Notes: a model not told the origin generated them from the sequence alone. A DNA stretch of 64,000 nucleotides from Candidatus Tepidifontimicrobium thermophilum (GCA_031459915.1 JAVKHO010000009.1:49733-113732), one strand, 5' to 3'. Numbered from the stretch's first letter, positions 19,364 through 29,044 are shown. A program made the numbers and translations.

Positions 19364-19969
19364 ATGGCCGTGAGTCTGGAGCTGGTGAAGGAGCTACGGG
19401 CCCGCACCGGGGCGGGCATGATGGACTGCAAGGGGGCCCTGGAGGAGGCGGGCGGTGACCTGGAGCGGGCGGTAGAGCTGCTGCGCAAGCGGGGCCTCGC
19501 GCAGGCGGCGAAGCGGGCGGGGCGGGCCGCCACCCAGGGGCTCGTGGACGCGTACATCCACGGGGGCGGCAGCCTGGGGGTCCTGGTGGAGGTGAACTGC
19601 GAGACGGACTTCGTGGCCCGCACGGAGGAGTTCCGACAGCTGGTGCGGGACCTGGCGCTGCAGATCGCCGCCCGGGACCCACGGTACGTGCGGCGGGAGG
19701 ACGTGCCGGAGGCGGAGCTGGAGCGGGAGCGCGAGATCGCGCGGGCGCAGCTGGCCCAGCAGCTGCAGGGCAAACCGCCGGCCGCGGTGGAGCGGGCGGT
19801 GGAGGGGAAGCTCGGGAAGTGGCTGGAGGAGGTGGTGCTCCTCGAGCAGCCCTTCATCCGGGACGAGAGCAAGAAGGTGCGGGACCGCATCGCGGAGGTG
19901 GTGGCCCGCACGGGGGAGAACATCGTGGTCCGCCGGTTCGCCCGCTTCAAGCTCGGGGAGGCGGGCTAG
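19364..19969 (+). CDS. tsf: Elongation factor Ts (short, about 200-aa form)
   Basis: ELRARTGAGMMDCK, EVNCETDFVA. Confidence 0.97.
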   Translation: MAVSLELVKELRARTGAGMMDCKGALEEAGGDLERAVELLRKRGLAQAAKRAGRAATQGLVDAYIHGGGSLGVLVEVNCETDFVARTEEFRQLVRDLALQIAARDPRYVRREDVPEAELEREREIARAQLAQQLQGKPPAAVERAVEGKLGKWLEEVVLLEQPFIRDESKKVRDRIAEVVARTGENIVVRRFARFKLGEAG

Positions 19970-20019
19970 TCGCTTGCCCGGCACCGGGCGGGGAGCCCGC
20001 GGGCCCAGGCGGTACAGGC

Positions 20020-20748
20020 GTGGCGGGGCTTCGGTACGGGCGCATCGTCCTCAAGCTCAGCGGGGAGGAGCTGAGCGGGGACGGTCGTTCCATTGTGGAC
20101 CCCGAGGTCCTGAGGGTGGTGGCCCGGGAGGTCCGGGCGGTACACGAACTGGGGGTGCAGGTCGCCCTGGTGGTGGGAGGCGGGAACATCGTCCGGGGAG
20201 CGGAGATGAGCCGCCTGCTGGGGATCGACAAGGTCACCGCGGACTACATGGGCATGCTGGCCACGGTGATCAACGCCCTGGCGCTGCAGGAGGTCCTGGA
20301 GGGGCACGGGCTGGAGACCCGGGTCCAGACGGCGATCGCCATGCACCAGATCGCGGAGCCCTTCATCCGCCGGCGGGCCATCCGGCACCTGGAGAAGGGG
20401 CGGGTGGTGCTGTTCGCTGCGGGAACCGGCAGCCCCTACTTCACCACGGACACCACCGCGGCCTTGCGGGCCATCGAGATCGAGGCGGGGGCCGTGCTGA
20501 TGGCCAAGAACCGGGTGCCCGGGGTGTTCGACAAGGACCCGCGGGTCCACCGGGACGCCATCATGTTCGACCGTCTGACCTACCTGGAGTACATCAACCG
20601 GGGGCTGCAGGTGATGGACACCACCACGGTGTCCCTGTGCATGGACAACGGCCTGGACATCTGGGTGTTCAACCTGCAGGAACCCGGGAACCTGGAGCGG
20701 ATCGTGCGGGGCGAGCACGTGGGCACCCTGATCGGAGGTGCGCCGTGA
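20020..20748 (+). CDS. pyrH: UMP kinase
   Basis: IVLKLSGE, VVGGGN, DYMGMLAT..N, PYFTTDT. Confidence 0.96.
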   Translation: MAGLRYGRIVLKLSGEELSGDGRSIVDPEVLRVVAREVRAVHELGVQVALVVGGGNIVRGAEMSRLLGIDKVTADYMGMLATVINALALQEVLEGHGLETRVQTAIAMHQIAEPFIRRRAIRHLEKGRVVLFAAGTGSPYFTTDTTAALRAIEIEAGAVLMAKNRVPGVFDKDPRVHRDAIMFDRLTYLEYINRGLQVMDTTTVSLCMDNGLDIWVFNLQEPGNLERIVRGEHVGTLIGGAP

Positions 20749-21302
20749 TCCAGGAGGTGCTCAAGGAGGCGCGCACGCGGATGCAGAAGGCGGTGGAGGC
20801 CACCGCGCGGGAGCTGGCCACCCTCCGCACGGGGAGGGCCAGCCCGGCCCTGCTGGAGCACATCAAGGTGGAGTACTACGGCACCCAGGTACCTTTGAAC
20901 CAGCTGGCCACCATCTCGGTACCGGAGCCACGGCTGCTGGTGGTCCAGCCGTGGGATCGCAACGCCACCAAGGCCATCGAGAAGGCCATCCTGCAGAGCG
21001 AGCTGGGTCTGGTCCCCAGCTCCGACGGGGTCGTGCTGCGGGTCCCCATCCCTCCGCTCACGGAGGAACGGCGGCGGGAGCTGGTCCGGGTGGCCCGCAA
21101 GCACGCGGAGGAAGGGCGGGTGGCGGTGCGCAACGTGCGTCGGGAGGCCCGGGAGACCCTGGAGGAGCTGGAAGAGGCCCGGGAGATCTCCGAGGACGAG
21201 GCGCGGCGGGCGCAGGAGGAGCTGCAGAAGCTCACCGACCGGTTCATCGCGGAGATCGACACGCTCCTCCAGAAGAAGGAAGCGGAGATCCTGGAGGTTT
21301 GA
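20745..21302 (+). CDS. frr: Ribosome recycling factor
   Basis: LRTGRASP, PPLTEERR, VRNVRR; GTGA overlap. Confidence 0.97.
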   Translation: MIQEVLKEARTRMQKAVEATARELATLRTGRASPALLEHIKVEYYGTQVPLNQLATISVPEPRLLVVQPWDRNATKAIEKAILQSELGLVPSSDGVVLRVPIPPLTEERRRELVRVARKHAEEGRVAVRNVRREARETLEELEEAREISEDEARRAQEELQKLTDRFIAEIDTLLQKKEAEILEV

Positions 21303-21550
21303 TGAGCTCTCCCCCGGACGTGGTCGCCTGGCCCCTGGAGGAGGCCCTGGTGGAGCTGCGGTCGGCCGGCTGGACGCCCCAGATCCGCACCACGTCTCCG
21401 CCGCACAGCGCGCCCGCGGGTGGGCTGCCGCGGGTGGTTAGGCAGCGGGCCACCGCTGCGGGTCAGGTGGAGCTGGTGGTAGCCTGGGAGCGGTACGTGC
21501 GGCTGCGGCGGCCCAGGAGCGGGGGACCGGCTGGCCCGCACCGCCCGTGA
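21302..21550 (+). CDS. Small hypothetical protein, degenerate PASTA-like domain (82 aa)
   Basis: PDVVAWPLEEA..EL.SAG...VVRQ...VELVV pattern; translationally coupled to both frr and uppS. Confidence 0.6.
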   Translation: MSSPPDVVAWPLEEALVELRSAGWTPQIRTTSPPHSAPAGGLPRVVRQRATAAGQVELVVAWERYVRLRRPRSGGPAGPHRP

Positions 21551-22320
21551 CCAGCCCCTCGGCTCCCCAGCGTCTGGACGACGAAGGACTGCGTGCCCTC
21601 GGCCTGGACCCCGCGCGGCTGCCTGTACACGTGGCCATCATCATGGACGGCAACGGCCGGTGGGCCATCCGCCGCGGCCTGCCCCGGGTGGAGGGCCACC
21701 GGGCCGGCCGGGCGGCGATCCGTCGCACCGTGGAGGCCGCCGTGGAGCTGGGGATCCGCGTGCTGACCCTGTTCGCCTTCAGCACCGAGAACTGGCGCCG
21801 GCCCAGGGAAGAGGTGGAAGCCCTGTGTGCCCTCTACGAGCAGGTGCTGTGGGAGGAGACTCCGGAGCTGGCCCGCAACGGGGTTCGCGTGCACGTCATC
21901 GGCGACCGCTCGGAATTCCCCGCCGGCCTGCAGGACGCCATCCGCTACGCGGAGGAGTCCACCGCGGGCAACGAGGTGCTACACCTGGTGGGGGCTTTGA
22001 ACTACGGGGGAAGAGCGGAGATCGTCCAGGCGGCCCGCGCCCTAGCCGAGGCGGTCTGCCGGGGTGAACTGGAAGCCGGCGCCATCGGGGAAGAGGAGCT
22101 GGCAAGCCGGCTGCAGACGCACCCGCTGCCGGACCCCGACCTGATCATCCGGACCGCGGGGGAGAAGCGCCTGAGCAACTTCCTGGTGTGGCAGTCCGCG
22201 TACGCGGAGCTGTACTTCACGGACGTGCTGTGGCCGGAGTTCGACCGGCAGGCTCTGGTGGAGGCCCTCCGGGACTACCAGAGCCGCGTCCGCCGGTTCG
22301 GGGGGCTGGATGCTGGGTAG
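21547..22320 (+). CDS. uppS: Undecaprenyl diphosphate synthase
   Basis: HVAIIMDGNGRWA, FSTENW.RP, NYGGR, RT.GE.RLSNF. Confidence 0.97.
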   Translation: MTSPSAPQRLDDEGLRALGLDPARLPVHVAIIMDGNGRWAIRRGLPRVEGHRAGRAAIRRTVEAAVELGIRVLTLFAFSTENWRRPREEVEALCALYEQVLWEETPELARNGVRVHVIGDRSEFPAGLQDAIRYAEESTAGNEVLHLVGALNYGGRAEIVQAARALAEAVCRGELEAGAIGEEELASRLQTHPLPDPDLIIRTAGEKRLSNFLVWQSAYAELYFTDVLWPEFDRQALVEALRDYQSRVRRFGGLDAG

Positions 22321-23098
22321 GCGTCTGGTGACCGCCGCGGTGGGGATCCCCGTGGCGGTGGTGACCGTCTGGGCCGGCGGGTGGGCGATGGCGGTTGCCG
22401 CGGGCGTGGTGGTGACAATAGGCGCGTGGGAGTTCTACAGCCTGTCCCAACGGGCGGGGTACGGTTCGCCCTGGGCGGTGGGAATCGTGGGGGCCGGGGC
22501 GCTCCCCCTGGCGGCGCAGGCGGGCGCCCGCTGGGCTCTGGCAGCGGTCGCTCTGGTGGTGTTGCTCGCCCTCGCCGGCGAACTCGCTGCCCGCCGGGGC
22601 CGGGTGCTGGGCAACGCGGCCGGTGCTGCCCTCGGGACGGTGTACGTGGGGCTGTTCGGCGCCCACTGGGTGCTGCTCCGGCAACTGCCCGAGGGCATGG
22701 CGGTCACTTTCCTGGTGCTGACCAGCACCTGGTGCGCGGACAGCGCCGCGTACTTCGTGGGCCGTTCCCTGGGCCGGCGCAAGTTGGCCCCGGACCTCAG
22801 TCCCAACAAGACCGTAGAGGGAGCCCTGGGCGGCGTGGCGGGGGGGCTGGTGGGCGCAGCGGCCGCGGGCGTGTACTTCGGACTCCCTGCGGCGTGGGTG
22901 GTGGCGGGAGGGCTTTTGTGCGCCCTCAGCGGGCAGCTGGGCGACCTGTGGGAGTCCGCGCTGAAGAGGGAGGCCCGGGCCAAGGATTCCGGTGTGGTGC
23001 TGCCAGGCCACGGCGGCGTGCTGGACCGGTTCGACGGGCTCCTGTTCTCGGGCGTGGTGGCCTACTACCTGTTTGCGGCGTGGACGGGCGGGCTGTGA
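22310..23098 (+). CDS. cdsA: Phosphatidate cytidylyltransferase
   Basis: DSAAYFVG, SPNKT.EG, GDL.ES.LKR, KDSG..LPGHGGVLDRFD. Confidence 0.96.
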   Translation: MLGRRLVTAAVGIPVAVVTVWAGGWAMAVAAGVVVTIGAWEFYSLSQRAGYGSPWAVGIVGAGALPLAAQAGARWALAAVALVVLLALAGELAARRGRVLGNAAGAALGTVYVGLFGAHWVLLRQLPEGMAVTFLVLTSTWCADSAAYFVGRSLGRRKLAPDLSPNKTVEGALGGVAGGLVGAAAAGVYFGLPAAWVVAGGLLCALSGQLGDLWESALKREARAKDSGVVLPGHGGVLDRFDGLLFSGVVAYYLFAAWTGGL

Positions 23099-24258
23099 AA
23101 GCAGGCGGGCCCGCGCGGCGTGTGGCGATCCTGGGCAGCACCGGCTCCATCGGCCGGCAGGCCCTGGAGGTGGTGGAAGCCCTGGCGGGACGGGCGCGGG
23201 TCGTGGCCCTGGCTGCCCGGCGGGACGCAGCGGCCCTGGCGGAGCAGGCCGTGCGCTGGCAGCCCGAGGCGGTGGCCCTGACCGACCGGGAGGCGGTGGA
23301 GGAGTTCCGGCAGATGGCTTCGGGCTGGCGCGGCGAGCTCCTGGTGGGGCCGCAGGCGCTGGAACAGGTAGCCCGCTGGCCGTCTGCGGACGTGGTCCTG
23401 GTGGCGGTGGTGGGGGTGGCGGGGCTGCTGCCCAGCCTGGCTGCCATCGAGGCGGGCAAGGAGCTGGCCCTGGCCAACAAGGAGACCCTGGTGGCCGCGG
23501 GGGAACTGGTGCGGGAGCGGGCGGCGTCGTGTGGGGCCCGGATCGTGCCCGTGGATGGCGAGCACAGCGCCATCTACCAGTGCCTGCAGGCGGAGCAGCG
23601 GCGCGACCGCGTGCGCCGCATCGTGCTCACCGCTTCCGGCGGGCCCTTCCTGCGACGCTCCCTGGAGTCCATGGAGTCCGCGACGCCGGAGGAGGCCCTG
23701 CAGCACCCCACCTGGCGCATGGGGCCGAAGATCACCGTGGACTCCGCCACCCTGATGAACAAGGCCCTGGAGGTCATCGAGGCCCGGTGGCTGTTTGACC
23801 TCCCGGCGGAGCGCATCGAGGTGTTGATCCACCCGCAGAGCGTGGTGCACGGGATGGTGGAGTTCGTGGACGGCTCCAGCCTCGCGCACCTCAGCCGGCC
23901 CGACATGCGGCTGTTCATCCAGTACGCCCTGAGCGGGATGGACCGCCTGCCCCCCGGGTTCGGCCGTCTCGACTGGACGATCCCGCAGACCCTCACCTTC
24001 GAGCCGCCTGACCTGCGGCGGTTCCCCTGTCTGGGGTACGCTTATGAGGCCCTGGCCGTAGGGGGGACCCTCCCCGCGGTCCTGAATGCGGCGAACGAGG
24101 TGGCAGTGCAGCGGTTCCTGGACGGGGAGGTGCCCTTCGGCCGGATCCCGAAACTGGTGCGGGCGGCCATGGACTTGCACGAGCCCCGTCCCCGCCCCAC
24201 CCTGGAGGAGATCCTGGAGGCGGACCGCTGGGCGCGGGCGCTGGTGAGGAGCCTGTGA
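23095..24258 (+). CDS. dxr: 1-deoxy-D-xylulose-5-phosphate reductoisomerase
   Basis: LGSTGSIG, LANKE, TASGGPF, HPTW.MG.KITVDSA, NAANE. Confidence 0.97.
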   Translation: MKAGGPARRVAILGSTGSIGRQALEVVEALAGRARVVALAARRDAAALAEQAVRWQPEAVALTDREAVEEFRQMASGWRGELLVGPQALEQVARWPSADVVLVAVVGVAGLLPSLAAIEAGKELALANKETLVAAGELVRERAASCGARIVPVDGEHSAIYQCLQAEQRRDRVRRIVLTASGGPFLRRSLESMESATPEEALQHPTWRMGPKITVDSATLMNKALEVIEARWLFDLPAERIEVLIHPQSVVHGMVEFVDGSSLAHLSRPDMRLFIQYALSGMDRLPPGFGRLDWTIPQTLTFEPPDLRRFPCLGYAYEALAVGGTLPAVLNAANEVAVQRFLDGEVPFGRIPKLVRAAMDLHEPRPRPTLEEILEADRWARALVRSL

Positions 24259-25292
24259 TGTCGATGCTGCTGGCCGTGGTGGCCTTCGGCCTGATGATCC
24301 TCGCCCACGAGCTGGGCCACTTCCTGGTGGCGAAGGCTTCGGGGATCGGCGTGCGGGCGTTCGCGGTGGGCTTCGGCCCGCCGCTCTGGCGCAGCCGGAG
24401 GGGCGGCACGGAGTACCGGCTGAATGTCTTCCCGTTGGGCGGTTACGTGCGCCTGGCGGGGGAGGACTTCGACGAGGAGCCAGGGCCGGACGCCTTCCGC
24501 AGCAAGGGCGTGTGGACCCGGATCGCGGTCGTGGCCGCGGGTCCTGTCATGAACGTGCTGCTTTCGGTGCTCCTGGTGGCGACCGCCGCGTGGGCCTACG
24601 GCCTGCCCCGTCGGGTGACCACCGTGGTGGCCACCGTGCGGCCCGGCTGGCCAGCCGCGGAGGCCGGCCTGCGGCCCGGGGACCGGATCGTGGCCATCGA
24701 CGGCGTGCCTCTCCCCGACGGGCAGACCATGGTGCGGACCATCCACCGCAGCGCGGGCCGGGCCCTGCGGCTGGCCGTGGAGCGGTCCGGCCGGCGCTTC
24801 GAGGTCACGGTCACGCCGCGACTGGATCCGCGCCTGGGGGTGGGGATCACGGGCATCACGCCCGCGGTGGAGCGGGAGCGACTCGCCCCGCACCGGGCCC
24901 TGCTGTGGGGCGTGCAACAAACGGTCCGGTCCATGCGGGAGATGGTGATCGGCCTGGTGCGCCTGGTGGGGTCCGGCGACGTGCTGCAGGAGCTGGCGGG
25001 CCCGGTGGGCGCGGTGCGGCTGTTGGGGGACGCCGCACAGGTGGGTTTCGACTCCTACCTGTTCATGACCGCGTTCCTGAGCGTGATGATCGGCCTGTTC
25101 AACCTCCTCCCCCTGCCGGCCCTGGACGGCGGGCGGCTCGCGTTCCTGTTGGTGGAGGCGGTACGGCGAAGGGCGGTGGACCCGCGCCGGGAGGGCTACG
25201 TGCACCTGGTAGGCTTCGCCCTGCTGCTGCTGCTCGTCCTTGCCCTCACTTACCGCGACATCCTACGATGGGTGGGCGAGCGGAACTTCTAG
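24258..25292 (+). CDS. rseP: Site-2 intramembrane metalloprotease with PDZ domain (M50)
   Basis: HELGH, PLGGYV, PDZ (AGLRPGDRIVAIDG), NLLPLPALDGG. Confidence 0.95.
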   Translation: MSMLLAVVAFGLMILAHELGHFLVAKASGIGVRAFAVGFGPPLWRSRRGGTEYRLNVFPLGGYVRLAGEDFDEEPGPDAFRSKGVWTRIAVVAAGPVMNVLLSVLLVATAAWAYGLPRRVTTVVATVRPGWPAAEAGLRPGDRIVAIDGVPLPDGQTMVRTIHRSAGRALRLAVERSGRRFEVTVTPRLDPRLGVGITGITPAVERERLAPHRALLWGVQQTVRSMREMVIGLVRLVGSGDVLQELAGPVGAVRLLGDAAQVGFDSYLFMTAFLSVMIGLFNLLPLPALDGGRLAFLLVEAVRRRAVDPRREGYVHLVGFALLLLLVLALTYRDILRWVGERNF

Positions 25293-25311
25293 GGGCACGG
25301 GGCGGCGGTCC

Positions 25312-25968
25312 GTGGTGGAGCCCGCAGAACTGGTGGTGCGTCTCATCCTGGCGGTGGTGCTAGGCGGCATCATCGGCATCGAGCGGGAAGTGCTGGAGAA
25401 GCCCGCGGGGTTCCGTACCCACATCCTGGTGGCCCTCGGCGCCGCTACCTTCACCCTGATCAGCCTCTATGGATTCTTCGGGAGCGGGGCGGACCCCGCG
25501 CGGATCGCCTCCAACATCGTGGTGGGCATCGGGTTCATCGGCGCCGGCACCATCTGGCGCCACCCCACGGGGGTCGGAGGCCTGACCACCGCGGCCAGCC
25601 TGTGGATGGTGGCGGCCATCGGAACCGCGGTGGGGAGCGGCTTCTACCTGGTGGCCCTGGTGGCTACGGCCCTGGCGTGGGCGGTGCTGTACCTGTTCCC
25701 GCGGGTGGAACGCTGGTTGCCCCGCCGTGCCACGGGCCTCGGGACCCTGGCGGTGACCATGGTGGACCGACCCGGGCAACTGGGGACCCTGGGCACCCTG
25801 CTCGGGAAGCACCGGGCTAACATTGAGAGCGTCCAGATGGAAGCGGGGCGCGACGGGAAGGTGAACCTGCACCTAGGCGTGCGCCTGCCCCCGCACGCGA
25901 ACCGGGAAGAGATCCTGCTGGCGGTGGCGGACCTCGAGGGTGTGGAGGCCGCCTCCTGGACCTCGTAG
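25312..25968 (+). CDS. MgtC/SapB family membrane protein with C-terminal ACT domain
   Basis: IGIERE, AGFRTH, GIGFIGAG, GLTTAASLW; DRPGQL ACT start. Confidence 0.9.
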   Translation: MVEPAELVVRLILAVVLGGIIGIEREVLEKPAGFRTHILVALGAATFTLISLYGFFGSGADPARIASNIVVGIGFIGAGTIWRHPTGVGGLTTAASLWMVAAIGTAVGSGFYLVALVATALAWAVLYLFPRVERWLPRRATGLGTLAVTMVDRPGQLGTLGTLLGKHRANIESVQMEAGRDGKVNLHLGVRLPPHANREEILLAVADLEGVEAASWTS

Positions 25969-25993
25969 GACCTGCCCGGTCGGAGCCCGACCC

Positions 25994-26656
25994 TTGATCC
26001 CCCTGCGCGACAGCGTCCCCGCCCGGCGGCCACCGGTGGTCATGCTGAGCATCCTGGCTGCCTCCGTCCTGGTGTTCCTGTACGAGGTGGGCCTGCCGCC
26101 CGACGAGCTGGCGGAGTTCTTCCGGACGTTTGGGGTCGTCCCCGCGCGCCTTCTCGGCCCGGACCCGCCGTACTTCACCCTGGTGACGTCCATGTTCCTG
26201 CACGGAGGGTGGCTCCACCTTCTGGGGAACATGCTGTACCTGTGGATCTTCGGGAACAACGTGGAGGACGCCATGGGCCACGGCCGGTTCGCGGTCTTCT
26301 ACCTCCTCAGTGGCCTCGCGGCCGCCGGGCTGCAGGTGGCCTTCCAACCCGCTTCCTCGGTGCCCATGGTGGGCGCCAGCGGTGCCATCGCCGGGGTGTT
26401 GGGGGCCTACCTGGTCCTGTTCCCCCACGCGCGGATCCTGGCCCTGGTCCCCCTGGGGTTCTTCACCCAGCTCGCGGAAGTGCCCGCGGTGCTATTTCTG
26501 CCCCTGTGGTTCCTGCTGCAGCTCGTCTACGGGCTAGCGTCCCTGGGCGCGCCGGCCCAGGTGGGGGGCGGGGTGGCGTTCTGGGCCCACGTGGGCGGGT
26601 TCGTGGCGGGAGTCGTGCTGGTGCGGTGGTTCGTCCCGCGGCGGTGGCGCCGGTGA
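25994..26656 (+). CDS. Rhomboid family intramembrane serine protease
   Basis: (M)IPLRD N-terminus with TTG start, SMFLHGGWLHL.GNM, GASG, AHVGG. Confidence 0.92.
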   Translation: MIPLRDSVPARRPPVVMLSILAASVLVFLYEVGLPPDELAEFFRTFGVVPARLLGPDPPYFTLVTSMFLHGGWLHLLGNMLYLWIFGNNVEDAMGHGRFAVFYLLSGLAAAGLQVAFQPASSVPMVGASGAIAGVLGAYLVLFPHARILALVPLGFFTQLAEVPAVLFLPLWFLLQLVYGLASLGAPAQVGGGVAFWAHVGGFVAGVVLVRWFVPRRWRR

Positions 26657-26659
26657 GTG

Positions 26660-26688
26660 TTGGAAACCGGCCAGAGGGACGCTACCAT
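26660..26688 (+). promoter_or_regulatory. Sigma70-type promoter for the SAM synthetase gene
   Basis: TTGGAA-17 nt-TACCAT. Confidence 0.55.
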
Positions 26689-26764
26689 GGTGGCGTGTCC
26701 GGGCGGTCCGGTCCGGGCGCACACCGAAGCGGCAACTGAAAAACCCAGGGCAGGGGGTCGCACG

Positions 26765-27967
26765 GTGCGGAACATCCTCGTGGAGACGCTGCCGGGCCTG
26801 CCGGTGTCCGAGCACCAGGTGGAGCTGGTGGAGCGCAAGGGAGTGGGTCATCCCGACTCCATCTGCGACGCCATCATGGAGCAGGTCTCCGTGGAGCTCA
26901 GCAAGACCTACCTGGAGAAGGTGGGGACCATCCTGCACCACAACATCGACAAGGCTTTCCTCGTGGCCGGGGAGGCGGAGGTCCGGTTTGGGGGCGGCCG
27001 GGTGATCCAGCCCATGCGGCTGATCTTCGGTGACCGGGCCACCTACCGGGTAGGGGACGTGGAGATCCCCATCCCCGAGCTGGCCATCCGTACGGCCAAG
27101 CGGTGGATCCGGGAGAACCTGCGGTTCGTGGACCCGGAGCGGCACGTGGAGTACGACATCCAGATCAAGCCGGGCTCTCCGGAACTGGTGGACATCTTCC
27201 ATCGGGAGGAGATCGGCGCCAACGACACCTCCGCGGCGGTCGGGTACTGGCCCCTCACGGAGACGGAGCGGGTGGTGCTGGAGACGGAACGGTACATCAA
27301 CTCCCCTGCTTTCAAGAAAGAATTCCCGGAGGCGGGGGAGGACGTGAAGGTGATGGGAGTGCGGACGGGCCGCGAGCTGCACCTGACGGTGGCGGTGGCG
27401 TTCGTGGATCGCTTCGTGGACAGCGAGGCCACGTACTTCCGCCGCAAGGAGCAGATGCGGCAAGCGGTGCTGGAGTACGTGCGGTCCCGGTGCAGCCTGT
27501 CCGCTGTCCACCTGTACCTGAACCACGCGGACGTCGCGGGCCGCGGCCTCGGCGGCGTGTACCTGTCGGTCACGGGGACTTCTGCGGAGAGCGGGGACAG
27601 CGGGCAGGTGGGGCGTGGCAACAAGGTCAACGGGGTGATCGCCCTGAACCGTCCCATGGGCACCGAGGCCGCCGCGGGCAAGAATCCCGTCTCCCACGTG
27701 GGCAAGATCTACACCGTCCTCACGCATCGGATCGCCCAGCGGGTCTACGAAGAGGTGCCGGGCATCCGGGAGTGCTACATCTGGTTGTGCAGCCAGATCG
27801 GCGAGCCCGTGGACCGGCCGAAGGTGGCCGCCGCCCAGGTGATCCTGGAGCGCGGGGTCCGGCGGACCCGGGTACTGCGGCAGGTGCGGGAAGTGGTGGA
27901 CCGCGAGCTGCAGGACGTCCGTACCCTCATCCAGGACCTGGCGGCGGGCAAGTACGCGGTGGTGTGA
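26765..27967 (+). CDS. mat: Archaeal-type S-adenosylmethionine synthetase
   Basis: (M)RNILVE...ELVERKGVGHPDSICD, GANDTS, GEDVKVMG, TGTSAE.GD.GQVGRGN, AAGKNPVSHVGKIY. Confidence 0.93.
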   Translation: MRNILVETLPGLPVSEHQVELVERKGVGHPDSICDAIMEQVSVELSKTYLEKVGTILHHNIDKAFLVAGEAEVRFGGGRVIQPMRLIFGDRATYRVGDVEIPIPELAIRTAKRWIRENLRFVDPERHVEYDIQIKPGSPELVDIFHREEIGANDTSAAVGYWPLTETERVVLETERYINSPAFKKEFPEAGEDVKVMGVRTGRELHLTVAVAFVDRFVDSEATYFRRKEQMRQAVLEYVRSRCSLSAVHLYLNHADVAGRGLGGVYLSVTGTSAESGDSGQVGRGNKVNGVIALNRPMGTEAAAGKNPVSHVGKIYTVLTHRIAQRVYEEVPGIRECYIWLCSQIGEPVDRPKVAAAQVILERGVRRTRVLRQVREVVDRELQDVRTLIQDLAAGKYAVV

Positions 27968-29025
27968 GCCGCCCGTCTGAAAATCCCGCTACCGCGCCGC
28001 AACGCCTCCGGTGGATTGCCACCCTCCTGGCCATACCTATGGCTTCAGCCTGCCAGCTGGCCGTGCGGCGGGTCCCCAAGCCCGAGCCGGTGGTCACTCT
28101 GCGGGTGGTGGAAACGCGCCGCGCCAGCGACCGAGTGGCCACCAGCAACGCCGCGTGGTCCCCAGACAGCCGGACCGTGGCGTTCGGGACCGCGGAGGGG
28201 GTGGTGGTGGTGGGCCTGGACGGAGCCGAGCGACGGATCTTCCCCGCGCCTCACGCTACGTGGGTGGACTGGTCCAGCAGCGGGCGCTGGGTGGCGGTCG
28301 TCTCTGGGGGCAACCTGTGGCTGGTGGACCTGGTGCGGGGCGGGGCGCGCAGGGTAGACCTCCCAGGGGTGGTGCGTTCCTTCCGCTGGAGCCCCGCGGG
28401 GGACCGGGGTGCCGCGGTGGTGGACTCTCGCGGGGTCTGGTTGTGGCTGGTGTCCGCGGAGGGCGGGCTGCGCAGGCGGCTGTTCGGCCCTGCCCACAGT
28501 CTGTACGACCTGGGCTGGTTCCCGGACGGCCTGTACGTGTTCGCCCGGGCGGAGGACTCGGCGGGAAGGACCGTGGCGCTCTGGCGGGTGCGGGTGGCGG
28601 GCCCGGACCGCCGGCAGCTCCCCGCCCTTTTCCCAACGGTCCTGCAGGCCCAGCTGTCTCCCCACGGCAGGACCGTGGCGTACCTAGTGACGGAGGAGGA
28701 GGGGTCTGCTCTGGCGGTGCAGCAGGTGGGCTCAGCTAGAACGGTGACCGTGGCCCGCGGGGGACGGCTGTGGGGCTTGAGCTGGTCACCCCAGGGCGAC
28801 AAGCTGGGCTACGCGGAGGTGGAGGGCGGGGAGCGGGCCGCGGTCTGGATCGTGGACGCGGACGGGCCGAGCCGGTTGCAGGTAGCGGACTACGCCCTGG
28901 AGTTCCCGGACCCCGACGCTCTGGTGGGGACCGCTTGGTCTCCTGACGGGAGGGCGGTGGTGTTCGGCTCCGGCTTCGCCCAGCGCGCGGGACCGGTGTG
29001 GGTGGCGCGGCTGGAGCGTCGGTGA
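27964..29025 (+). CDS. TolB-like/PD40 beta-propeller protein, probable lipoprotein
   Basis: Repeated WSPDG-type motifs; possible lipobox ASAC. Confidence 0.75.
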   Translation: MSRPSENPATAPQRLRWIATLLAIPMASACQLAVRRVPKPEPVVTLRVVETRRASDRVATSNAAWSPDSRTVAFGTAEGVVVVGLDGAERRIFPAPHATWVDWSSSGRWVAVVSGGNLWLVDLVRGGARRVDLPGVVRSFRWSPAGDRGAAVVDSRGVWLWLVSAEGGLRRRLFGPAHSLYDLGWFPDGLYVFARAEDSAGRTVALWRVRVAGPDRRQLPALFPTVLQAQLSPHGRTVAYLVTEEEGSALAVQQVGSARTVTVARGGRLWGLSWSPQGDKLGYAEVEGGERAAVWIVDADGPSRLQVADYALEFPDPDALVGTAWSPDGRAVVFGSGFAQRAGPVWVARLERR

Positions 29026-29044
29026 CCGGGGGTGCGGCGGCGCG

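Noticed and set aside
16660..19458. 932-aa ORF and many other long alternative-frame or antisense ORFs in the track
   Set aside because: Gly/Arg/Pro-rich shadow frames expected at high GC; they overlap well-supported genes and show no motifs
26695..26764. Canonical SAM-I/II/III riboswitch
   Set aside because: Consensus elements were not found by eye; kept only as a weak candidate novel leader
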